Notes under the pieces: generated by a model
Seen by the model: only the letters and a program-made list of their open reading frames with translations
What the model was told of the DNA's origin: nothing
The model's database searches: none
Program-made: the position numbers and the translations under genes
Shown: piece after piece, positions 22,459 to 34,439 of the stretch
How the letters are laid out: every line of letters starts with the position of its first letter
Position numbering within the stretch: the stretch's first letter is position 1
Source of the DNA: Toensbergia leucococca
Lineage: Eukaryota
NCBI GenBank assembly: GCA_022813965.1
Contig: JALDZS010000111.1
Span: 1 to 64,000 of the forward strand
Length of the DNA: 64,000 nucleotides
Direction of reading: 5' to 3'

Positions 22459-23774
22459 ATGCCTTCTCTCTCCTCGGCCCTCGACAATCTCCCTAAAGTC
22501 CACCCAGTCACTACCATCCTTCTCGCTGAGCTGTTATTGGTGCTTGCCGCTGCTTTCCTACAGCCGTCGTCCAATGCTCGCGTCCTAGTACCCATCGTTG
22601 TCGCAGTCATGCTTCTCCATTTGCAATCGACAATACCCTCCTTTACGGACAACGACATAACGAGATCAATACCCGTGACGACCATGTGGGTACAATTGCT
22701 CAAATCAATAGACGTTCTGTGCCTGAGTCGATTGCAAAAGGAGCCCCCGGCCGAACGAGCAAAGAGGAAACAGGACCAAAGCGCGCTGTCTGATGTGGAC
22801 GGCAATGTCCCAAGGCCTGCCAGCTTCCTGCCTACCATGTTTTGGGCTCGAATTTGGTGGGCGACAAAACTGCTGTCCAATTTCCGCGGGATAGACACCT
22901 CATGGACTGTGCCAAATATCCCACCTTTCTCCCGCAGCAATAAAAGTTACGTGCCATCACGTAAAGCCTTCCTAATGTCACGGCTCATAACCGTCATCTT
23001 GACCTACTTGACCATAGACTTCTTAGCCAGCCTGACAGTGCCTGACAAGCAAACCACCTTCTCCCTCTCAACCCAACCAATCTTCTCCCGCCTCTCGGAA
23101 ATCACTCTCGACGAAATCACAATCAGAGTAGGAAGCACCTTAGCCCTCGGTCTCTACCTCATCATTTCCCTCATCGCAAGCTACGACACTCTCGCCATCC
23201 TAGCCGTCGGCCTAGGCATCAGCCCTCCAAAGAACTGGCCCCCAATCTTCGGCTCCTTCCTCTCAGCCTACACCCTCCGCAACTTCTGGGGGTAAATATG
23301 GCAAAAAGTCCCTCCTTTCCCCAGTTACCCCCCAGCTAACCCCTCCTCCACAGCAAAACATGGCACCAAACCTGGCGCAAAACCCTCACCGCAAACGCCT
23401 CCTTCATCACAACCTCCCTCCTCCGCATCCCACCCCACACCCCGCTCTCCCACCACACCCAAATCCTAACCGCCTTCCTCATCTCCGGCCTCATCCACCG
23501 CACCCAAGACCTCATGATGAACATCCCCCCCTCCGAATCCGGCGCTCTGACCTTCTTCCTCATGCAAGCCCTCGGCCTCTCAATCGAAGAAGTCGTCGTG
23601 CGTTGTTACACGCGTGTGGGTGGCGATGCTCTTCGGCCGAGGATGTGGAAGCGCGGCTTGAGGTACGGGTGGGTGGGGCTGTGGCTGCTGTGGACGCTGC
23701 CGTCGTGGAGCTATCCGCAGATGCGGCATGTGCGGGTTGGGTACGCTGCGCTTCCGGTGCGGGTGTTTGGGTAA
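22459..23774 (+). CDS. Membrane-bound O-acyltransferase (MBOAT_2 / wax synthase / Tri7-like), 2 exons
   Basis: Multiple TM helices; NFRGIDTSW; WPPIFGS..SAYTLRNFWG|KTWHQ across a GTAAAT..CTAAC..CAG intron (~23293-23353); AFLISGLIH. Confidence 0.92.
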
Positions 23775-24678
23775 AGTTGGGCTTTTAGAGGGTAACGCCC
23801 TCTATGTACATGATTGAGGTAGGATACGCGGTGGGGCGGATTATATCCTGGGGTTGGAAGCAAGCTGGCGCATTGATTGAGGCAGTCAGATCCATTTGGA
23901 ATGCAAAAGAATAAGCAGAGAACTAGAATCTTACTATCATCTATCTTCCTCCCTCCAGCCCCCAAGGTCCTTTTTTTTGTTCTTAAATAGGAACTTTTAT
24001 TCAAAGAAATTATCAAACTCGGATTCACTACTTTTACTTTCCTTTCTCGCACTTTTGGCCGTCGGATGACTACAATCACAAACGACACGAAAAAAAAAAA
24101 TAAAAATAAAAATAGAAAAAAGCAACCATCAAAATCAGCTCAGTCAAGGGCAAAAAAGAAAAGGAACCATGACAGAAAAATGATAGGGTGAAAGAAAAGC
24201 ACGCCACAGACTCAAGTCCAGGGCGGACCAATTTTTCCCTTCAAAAATCCCCCCCTTTTGAAAAAGGGGCTATGGGTTTCCTCCCCACCGAAGGAATAAC
24301 AGAATAAATGAACGACAGCGCTGAATCGTTTCCAAAAAAAAAATCCATTGCAAAAAAGGGGGTCTACTTTTTAGAATTAAAAGGCTCAAGTAGCTAAGTA
24401 TTCTAAAGTAGTGAGAAAACAGCCAATCATTCTTCCTTCCACGCAAAGGAATATGAGAATAATCGTGTAAACTTCGTGCCTAAAAAGCCAGTCCAAGTCA
24501 GACCCCCTGAGCACCTTCAAACTAGCTCGCCAGTCCTCACTTCGACGACCACAAACAGCCATTGCAGGTAGGACAGGTCCCACTGCCGCTAGCACAAAGC
24601 TCCACTCACTGCAACCAGCAAACCTAGACCCCTCCCACTCCAGTCTGCACGGCTACCTCACCTTCCGCTTTCAATCTC

Positions 24679-26983
24679 CTACCTAAATCTCCTCCCCACC
24701 CCATCCCTCCCGCTCCTCCTATCCATCTCCTCAAAAACAGTATACCGCCCTTCGTGCAAAATGGGCCTATACCTCGGATCTCTTCCTACCCTTGGCGGCG
24801 GCGCTCCCCAGTCCTCGCCAAAGAAGCTTGCTTGGCCTCCACTGCTCTTGTCAATGCACCATTCGGGGACCCGAGCAAAGCGACCAAAGTACCCAGCACG
24901 TTCGTCGACGGGACCGCCGAGGTAGTGCTGCAGGTTGCCGAGGATCGGAATCATGAGGCGGTTGATGACTTCGCCGGCGACAGGGTGTTCTGCTACTTGG
25001 CCTGGAGTTGAAGGCTCGTCCCAGCCGTCTCCAAGATTATTGCGGCGCTGTTGAATGTTTATTGCATCTCCGAGGACTTGAGATTTTCTTGCGATGCGAT
25101 GCTTATCCGCCGCTTTTTCGAGATGTGATCGAAGCTCCCCTTGGCCGCGAGCGTCGGTCTTCCACCATAGCTCTACCTCTTCCAATGATCGAGCTTGACG
25201 CGTCTTAGCCTTACTTGAATCTATCGGAAAAACTGGTATCGGCGAGGTTGGCATTTTGTTCAATGCAGCATGAGTGGCATTTACCGGTGCAGGAGAGACG
25301 TTGCTATAAATGTCTACAGGGCGGTCCTTCCAGGGTAAAGGATCACTCGTATTGAGCAACTCAATCTCAGACTTTGATGGTACTATATGCGCCGCAGAAT
25401 CTGGCACACGATCATTTTGTCCTTGTTTAGCAAGAGGGTCGTAAAGGACGGTCCTTGTAGAGCTCAAGAGGCCCCCTTGCGCTTTGGAAGATTCAACCAC
25501 GTCATGAAGGTTCTGGAGAAGCATATCTTTCTTGCTAGAAGCCGAACCACCAGCAAATGGTAAATGCTGTACCTGATAGGGACTAGCGTTCGAAGCCTGC
25601 TGATATCCAGTACCATGATCAAAATAACTCAACTGGTCCTGTGGATTGTTGTATTGTTCCTGATATGCAGCATGTGGAGAAGACCATTGGGGAGGGAAGC
25701 GGAAATCAAAATTCATTGTTCCTTTGACAGCCGATGGTAACGCTCGGGGGGTGGGATCAAGATCGTACCCCAGCTGCTGACTCTCAGGGGTGTTACCGTA
25801 AACATGCATTTGAGGCGGCTTTGAGAAACCCAAATAAGGAGAATTGTACAAGTTTACAGCTGAAGCTATATGGTTTTGTGAAAAGGAAGGAACCGAGGGA
25901 AGGACTCCTAAGCCTGTAAGCTTAGCCTCTTCAGTTGCTCCTAATCGCTGATGAACAGAAGGGGACTGCGCTTCAACTTCCGCTATCTTTGCAGCTTGTC
26001 TTTGTCTGAGCCTAAGTGCCAAGTCACTACCTTTGGCTGTATTTGGCGAGCGTTCAAGAGCGGTATCTAGAGTCAGTACGGAGGACGAGCGAGAAGGCCC
26101 GGGAGAAGAAGCCTGTTTACCAGAGACAAGAGAGATCGATCTGTCGCTGGCTGCACTAGGGATATCAGGATCCCATTCACCCAGATCGAAGTTGGCTACC
26201 ATTTTGGCGAGCTTCAAAGACTCTGGGGAGAGTTCAGTTGTCTGGTAAGAAGGCGGGTGGAGGACTTGAGAGGGTTCTTTATGGTATGGTGGAGTGAGAG
26301 GCCTAACGGGACGAACATCGACCTCTTCGGTGTCGGAAGAGACCTCAGGAAGGTCGTTAAGATTGAGAGCTTTCCAAGCTCTGCCTCTATTGCGAGGTTT
26401 GGTAAATTTGATGGCACCTAGAGAAACAGGTGTAAGAGTTGGAAGCTCAATTTCCGACTCGTTGTCCTTGATGCCCTTCCTTGCTCTTACAGCGTTGAGC
26501 TCTGCAGCCCTAGCCTTGGCAGCAAAGGTGGTACCGGATGTCATGTTAGCTAGGCTGGCTGTCGAGGTAGACATCAGTAGATCTGGGGATGTTGCCATCT
26601 TGATTTCGGCTTCTTGAGAGTAGGAAGGACTTTTAAATATCGGCTGAGGAGAAGTATTCTCGTTGTTGACAGAGGGTTCGGGTGAGGGCTTGGGGACAAT
26701 CTGAATGTGAGAGAACGGACTGTTGGGAAGTGGTCGTAAAGGTGTACCTAGAGGAGCTCGTCGTGGAGTGATGCTGGTGATGGTGGGCTGCGAGTTGCGT
26801 CCTCTTGCGCCACCTGAGTGGGCTTTACGTCAGTTGAAGTGTGAATACGGATAAGGATATGGGTACTGAATTGGAAGGACGATACTTACGACGGCGACGA
26901 GGGCGCGACTCGCGCGCAGCAAGGTTCGCAAAAGCCAGACTTGCTTGTATGCTTACTACTTGGTCGAGAGGTAGGTTTTGCAT
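24679..26983 (-). CDS. Fungal hypothetical protein, mostly disordered (2 exons)
   Basis: The 639-aa ORF extends in frame to an ATG at 26983 through a GTAAGT..CTGAC..AAG intron (~26824-26889). It has a conserved-looking C-terminus FARVPEWCIDKSSGGQASFFGEDWGAPPPRVGRDPRYR. Confidence 0.85.
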
Positions 26984-29668
26984 GAACGATTCAAGAGAAT
27001 AAAGAGATTTGGTGGATTGGTTGGAAATTAGGAGAATTCATTTGTCGTAGGAAAGGAAGGAACACTCCATCACGATGAAGGAAACGGAAGTGTCAATATC
27101 AATCCCAAATGGGCCTAGTACCCGTGAAATTTGGCATCCTTCTTGTCTTACGAAAAAGAGTGCAATGGTCTGTCTATCCAGAGTTCATCAGGTAGATATG
27201 TTTGGAACTTCGCCGCCGTCGGCGAGTGTTAGACCTCGAAACTTCTGGACCAACTACATCTACTCTAAATGAATCCTGCAGTCTCAAGGAAACAGTCCTA
27301 AGAGAATGAATTGTTTTACCACATAAGAGACATCTTCTGAAGTTACTTTGGCGAAGATTTTAGAGTTGAAAGTTTCGAAACTCACCAAACTATAAGTCTC
27401 CTTGTGCTTCCTCCACGTTACAAAGAGAAAATAGATTAGTGAGGAGACTATCGCAGCCATCATTCAAGGTTTCCGTCAACATTAGGAAATGGGTTGAGCT
27501 GCTTATCTGCATTAGCCAAGAACGCATCTTAATCCTAGGAATGGCTATGGCTCCTAGCAACAATTAATTTAAAGACTGGTCACAGAGTAGTCAGGTCTCT
27601 GTAGGCATAATAAAGTCTCGCGAACATTGCGCGACCTCCATGGCACTGATTGTAAAAGGAGAACATTTTGTGTAGAAATAGCAAGATTGCTGGTTAAGAA
27701 TCGACAGAGCAGAGATGAGGAAGTTGATGTTAGGAAAGCGGTTACATGGGCTCTGACTTGGTGGCGCTAAGGAGAAGGATAACAAGGTTATATATTAGAG
27801 TAAGAGTGTACCAAGCACGAGAAGTTGTCTGGTCAATCAGTATAACTCGAAGGATCATCTCTGACCAGCCAATTATCGGAATCAACCTAAAAAACTTCCC
27901 AATTGGGAGGTTTCTGAACAAATTTCAGTTTTTGCTCTTCGGTTCGATTCCGGGTAACATCTCATTTTCATTGGACTTTTTGCTCTTTTTTCCCTTCGCG
28001 TCGCATCTTTGTTTTTTCAATTATCGGATTCTTCTTGTCTTGCTGATCTGTTTCTCCATTCCACAAACATCCGGAGTTCGATGCAATTTCTTTCCAGAGC
28101 TTTTCGGTTATGCACTCTGCGTTTGTTTATGCACTCGAAGCTTTGCCCCGAAGAAACCTTTGCTGCGGAACACATCCTATACATCCTACACATAGAGGTA
28201 TTAGCTCTATTCTCGGACGAGATCGCTTTTTGGTGGAGTATACAATTGCATATCACCTCATTACCAAACACAACAGCTCTCACCTTCGAGAATATGCCCT
28301 TGTGAGCCATAATACACAGCCGCTACTAGTCATCAACGTCCGTTTTGTCTTCTAGACTCATTCATCACCCTCGTACATAGTCTTACGCGGAACAATCTCC
28401 TCTTTGATACCTGATAGTCGATCACTGAACAAGGTAGTACCGACTTACAGGCTCATCCCCTTGCATATAACAACAGGAGCTTCTCCAACTCTCAAACAAT
28501 CATTTTTGTTTCTTGCTACTCCAATCAATGTGTTGTACCAACAGAGATAAGTCACACGGACCTGTCAACCCTTTCTTCAAACTTCAATTTCATCCGGCAA
28601 CAAGGAGTGCTTTCTGTTTTCCTTTCAGCTTGATCTCCTTTCCTATGCAATCTTACTCGCCCCAACAGACAATCTTTATCACTTGTTCACTAAAGTGCAT
28701 CCTTTTCCCCAGCTACTCAACGTGTTCTTCCACATTCTTGCCATTAAATTTTGGAATCTTGTATTCCTGCGCAATGCTCTCCCAAAGACTACCCTTTTGC
28801 AATCCTCACAGCCAGTCTTGCCAAAATCTTCACTCGACTCCAATACCGAGCCCCTTGTACATCCACACGCATCCTATTGCCGTCAGGCACAAGATCATCC
28901 CCATGAAAGCACCTCAAAGCTCGAAAAGGCTGATCGCAAACCAAGAGAAAGAATCGATAGAAACTTTGGCCATCATGGCAGCATGCTATCCGAGCAGAGA
29001 CGCTTCAGGGTCCGGTAGAATTGCACGAACGACAGAGCTGAAGAGTCGTATCACTAGGGGAAAAGGATGCCATTTCAAGCATCCATGACAGGCTTTTAAG
29101 AGGTCTGAAATCATCTTCTGTGCACTGCGCAGGTCATGGGGAAAGGTTGAGGTCGGAGATTCTTGCCACATTTTTGCCGACATGCCCAACTCCCTGCTAG
29201 GAGCAGTCCCATTCACCAATCAGACCGTCTTACACGTTGTTACAAAAATATGAAACATACAGTGACTATCAAAGTATGATACATATAGCGTGTGGTCACA
29301 TTTCTGCATACCCAAGTATTTGGGCTAGATAAGGTATTAATACATGTCCCATGATGTGTTTCACCTGTAATCACAAATACTTTCACAATACGGAGTAACC
29401 ATAGAGTTAGATGATTCTGCATACGGTAGCTGGGACAATAAATGATTTTATCATCATCACCTACAAAATAGTACGGGAAGAGTAAGTCTTAAGCTGCGTA
29501 TCCTACTTACTCCACACCAACGTCAAGCATGTCCATCTAGTAATGTCAAGTACAGGAGTAATCATGCCAGCACAAAAAAGAAAATGAAACCCTGACACAA
29601 GTATTATCCCCCTATCCACCTCAATCACGCCTCCATTGGACTGCAGAGAGAAAAGGAGAGCTCAGCCC

Positions 29669-30411
29669 CTACTTATTCCCGGGGCCATACTTCAAAAGGT
29701 CGTCCTTAACGCTAGGAAGATTGCGTTCGATTTGCTCCTTGTGACTTTCGCCGTCCGCAGATGGCTGGACTTCCAGACCATGAGCTTCCCTAAATTCCGA
29801 TGGTGTGGAATTGGCAGCAGTAGCGAGAACAGGGGTTCTAACGAGACCATAAAATTAGTCCATCAGCCAAGGCTGTATGTCGAATAGTACACACCCAATT
29901 TCATCAGCACCATCAAGGCCGCTTTCACCAACGTATTTATACCTAGACTGATATCAGCATGAAGAAACACTGGGGGCACTATTGCATTCATTACCCCGGG
30001 TCAAGCTTTTTCTTCGTGCTAGAGTGGTGAGATCCTCTAGTCGCACCACCAAAAGCCAAGCTCGTGTTTGTAGCTGCGTTATTGGTCGAAATCCCTGGAC
30101 CACTGCTAGTATTGCTGCTGTCACTATATGTTGAACGGCGAGGACGGGTTGTTGCAACAGCGTCGGCAAGACCAATGACACTAGTGTGAATAGTATCGCC
30201 CGAGGCAGTCGAGACTATGGTGCCATGTTTGCCGTGTTCTATATGCAATACATTAGCTCACCAACGGTGTGGTACCAGGTCTAGCAACACCACCCTGCTT
30301 ACCATCTGAACCGTTCTTGGTAGATGTATCGTTGGATGTATCCTTATCCCCCTTGATGGCGTCCTTGACTTTGAGAGTGACACCCTTGATTTTGTTGGCC
30401 AGCGAAGACAT
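29669..30411 (-). CDS. Small hydrophilic Gly/Ser/Thr-rich protein (~190 aa, 4 exons), hydrophilin-like
   Basis: MSSLANKIKGVTLKVKDAIKGDKD... splices in frame through three GT-AG introns (GTAAGC, GTAATG and GTGTGT donors) to ...DDLLKYGPGNK*. The ORF track captures only part of it. Confidence 0.75.
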
Positions 30412-31883
30412 TTTTACGATCTATTTATGAGTCTGGGTGCACTGATTGGAGGTGTAGATGGAATCGATCCTGAAATTAGATATAATGGCAACTTTGAATG
30501 ATGTTTATCAAAGGAAGAGAGAAGGAAACAAGAAGTTGGGAATTAGAAAGACTGGACTTGAACATTGGCAACTGTAAGATCGTAGTTGCCTGCAATTGTC
30601 TCGTAGGTAGTGTAAATCGCTCCCTCCATCGTCTCGGATTGGCGACGATCGAAGCACTCAAGCCCGATTTAAAGGAGAGAGATTCTGCCTTAGAAAGAGT
30701 GGCTGGAGATACAAGGGCCAGAGTACGAGCTAGATTCTCTATCTCCTGGTACCATCTTCTCAGCAAAGCATGTGCCATTATAGCAGCCAAGCAATCGCTT
30801 GAGACTTCAATTTCCCATAGCTGCCAGAGCAGCACCAGCTCAAGGTAAATGAGTTCACTCCATGCAACAACATGAAGCCTGCTCAAGGAGATATTAGCAT
30901 TTTATACACAGCTATCCCAATGATTTTACTGGGACAAATGAAGCTGCTGAGAAGTAGTCTCAGACGTCTAGCAATTGCAAAAGAGAGGATGCCTTGGCGT
31001 TTGTAGCAAAATTGTCAAAAAGAAACCTAAAAAGATCTGAGGGAGAGACAGGCCTCGAACCCTCGATCTTGTACATTGATTTCTGACAACATGCGAGCAT
31101 TTTATGCTCAGTAGAGCTACTTTACATGGAATGTGGGAGGCGTCCCTCTTTACCACTTGACTATCTGATACATTATGAGAAGAGGGACTATTCGTTATTA
31201 TAACTTCTCCAGATGATTTTCGGTCAAGGCATCCTCAGCCCGAAATTTATTATCTCCGCAAAACGACAAACACATTTGCCAAGGAGCTAACAGAAATCTT
31301 TCGACTTGACATGTTTGACGGTATAGGTAGCAAGATCAACATACCTGATACCCAGAAACCTGATCTGGCAAGAGCAAGCTTCCCTTTTGGCTGCCTACAT
31401 TTCGTTCCCAACAGCAGTTACAGATGATGACCCAAGAAAACCACAGGATTTGATCGTGGCAATCCAAGAGTGCCAACCCAATGAAGCATTCTCCCTGCTG
31501 ACAGACAATTGTTAATGTGAGCCCACATTAGCGTCGTCGACCTATCCTTTGTGAACTTCTTCCTGAAGGCGATTGAAAACCTTTGAATTATTGCAGGAAA
31601 GATGTCCAGTACCAGTCAGTGGAACCTTAACGAACATTGGTCCTGCAAGATCGGCATAATTCAATCGACTGGTACTTTAGGAGTACCTACTCACCTTGGT
31701 GAATGATTTCAAGTCCGTTCAAGAAATATATTAGTGAACTTATAATGTATTGGAAACTTTTGAACAAGTACAAGGACAATTGATAAGAAATCGCTATGCC
31801 CAGCGCGAATGCAACGCCACGCTATATTCACTACGCTCAACACAATCAAACAGCATAGAATAAGAAATAAATCCCACAATAAA

Positions 31884-33268
31884 TCACGCACGTCCAGCAC
31901 TGGGAGGAACATAGTTTCCGGCCTCTGCGTTGGGTCCCCCTTGATAAGATCTCGATTGGTCTTGAGAGGTAAATCCAGTATCGTAATTTGCTGCCCCTTC
32001 AGTAGGCGGATATGTTGGTCCATTTGATATCTCCTTCAAGGGGGGTAATTGTGGATTTCCTGAGTTTGCAAGGTGTGAGGAAGTAGGTCTGGAAGAAGAT
32101 CTCTCCTTCATTGGGTATCCTTCTTGTCCAGAGTGATCTTGACTTGAATAGACGCTGGCAGGCCTGATCTGACCATCCGACTCAGCAATATAATCGGTAG
32201 GTCCCGCACTTACATTAGGACGAGTAAGGTCTTTGTCTGGATCAAAGACCTGGATCTCTCTGTCATCGAAATCTTGACCGGGGTTAGCAGTCTCGTACTC
32301 GAGCATCTTAATAAATTTGTAAAATCCGGATGCTAGGATTGCTCCAAGTGAGGGGCCAAGCCAGTATATCCAATGGTCTATAACCGTTAGCCAATGTAGC
32401 AGTTTGGGGAACCTGGCTTGTTACATACAGTGGAAAAATTCACGATTCACGACATCAGGAGCAAAGGACCTAGCGGGATTCAAGGAACCGCCAGTGTAGT
32501 ACACACCTAAGAATGTCAGATGCACTTTACCGCAACCTACGAATTTGCGGACTCACCCGAAAGTTCGGCAATGAACAAGGAGAGTCCAATCCCCACGGGG
32601 GCTATAAAAGTCCCTTTGTGTTTCTCTGCGGCCAGCATAAATATAGTGAATACCAATTGTGCTGTAAGGAACATCTCAATAAAGAGACCTTGTGCAATCG
32701 AAGTGCCTCCTCCCAAGGATGTTCGTACATTGAGGGGACCAGGGAAAAGGGTTAGGACGACCGCTGCTGAAGTCATGGCACCAATTATTTGAGAGAACAC
32801 TAAGAGTGCCCCTCGAAGCCAAGGTAATGCCCCTATCAAGCACATGCCAAACGTCACCTGATGGGTTAGCCAGGACATTATTGAAAGGGGAGGAGAACCT
32901 ACAGCAGGATTGAAGAGTCCTCCACTGATTCTGAAGAATACCCACGCATTCACGGCTAGGGAGAAGCCAAAGCAGAGACTGATGTACAGCAGTTGTGCTG
33001 GATTTGGAGCCTGTGACAACGTCGAAGACTTGGAGCCTTCAGTCTCATTATTGGCGACTTGGGTGCCGGAGAAGGCGAAGAAAAGGAAGAGAAAGGTGCC
33101 TGCGAATTCTCCTGCCATGGCAATGAAGTGATTTCGAATTGGATCAGGCAACCAACCGAGGAAAGGCACTCGGACTTGACGTCGTACAGATGGCCCTGCA
33201 GCATTTTTCTTCGCCTTTCTGTAGGGGATGCGGAAGAGCTTGTCGAGCTGGGGCTCCCCAATGTTCAT
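31884..33268 (-). CDS. AQY1: Aquaporin (orthodox water channel, MIP family), 4 exons
   Basis: [24 protein letters not shown]; second NPA in [20 protein letters not shown]; introns with CTAAC/CTGAC branch points. Confidence 0.95.
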
Positions 33269-34439
33269 TGTGGCTACAGTCTCAGTGGCTAAAAAGCAAC
33301 TGCTAGATGCAAGAAGAAATCAGAGGAGGCGAAATCAAAAACGTTAGCAAAGGCAATTTCAGATTAACGAGGGATTGGGTGGTAAGATGAGGAAAGGTAG
33401 GCGGGATGTCTAGCCGGCGGGAGTGCGAAGTCAATGTGGAGCTGTCATGGCAGTGTAAGTCGAGCGATGGGGCGATAAAGAAAAGGAAAAGAAAGGTCAG
33501 TCAGACGGCAATGACAAAATGTCAGTTGTACAAGAATAGAAAGGAGAAGTGATTTGTGTCGGTGCAAAATCCTTACAATCCACTCCGCCGACCAGACCCC
33601 CTCGACCTCGTCCAGCTCGAAACGTTCGTCATGCAAGAAGCACCTAAACGCCACAAGCGAAGGCACTATGCGCCTTTTGGGACAAGATCACTGCTTTGGG
33701 TCTCATTATTGGACGATAGTGAGGGGGCCATCCTTGAATGTTCTGGCAAGCGACCACCCACTCGCTCGCATCATGGATGATGGACGTGTCTTGGAGATGC
33801 TACTCCGTAGAATACCTATTCGAGGATTCTACTGTGCCCCAAATGTGCAAAAGATAAGGTGGTGCTATCTTCCGGAAAGTCCATCATCCACGTGGCTATT
33901 CTATTTATGTGGGCAAGCTTGATCGTGGGATGGGGACTGGGACAGTAGAATAAGACCACGATATTCTATAACATGGGTGTTGCGACACAAGATAAATAAT
34001 TTTATGCAGAGTTGTTTTAAAGACAAATCTCCATCAGCTCGTACATAGGTGATAATGTACGACTATCAAGTTGGCTGTCATGAGATATGCAAATCATCCT
34101 GTGATCTACGGAGTACCGACTACCGAGCTGCCGGAGTACTCGTAGAGTACGGAGTACCCTAGAATAAGCCTGGTGATGATCGCCTCATGATCTCGTCTGA
34201 AATGTCTCGGCCTAAACGGGTAATAGCGTCTTTACGAAACTTGGCCATTTTGACAACACAAAGACACCTCACACCGAGTCTTTCTTTCCCACAGCCCTTT
34301 CCTAAGACTGATTTCTTTACGCATCCCTTAGAATCACCTAGAATATCGTCGATGATGCGAGCTCGTTCTTCTCCTACATTTGCCAGATGAGTTGTGCTGA
34401 CTACTCGACCCATCTTTCCCATCTGTTCACCAGCCAAAG

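Noticed and set aside
15548..23774. Beta-lactamase-like and MBOAT genes as a secondary-metabolite cluster
   Set aside because: No PKS, NRPS, terpene synthase, P450 or cluster regulator in the window.
27936..27956. B-box-like GGTTCGATTCC suggesting a tRNA
   Set aside because: No acceptor, D or anticodon arms can be folded around it.
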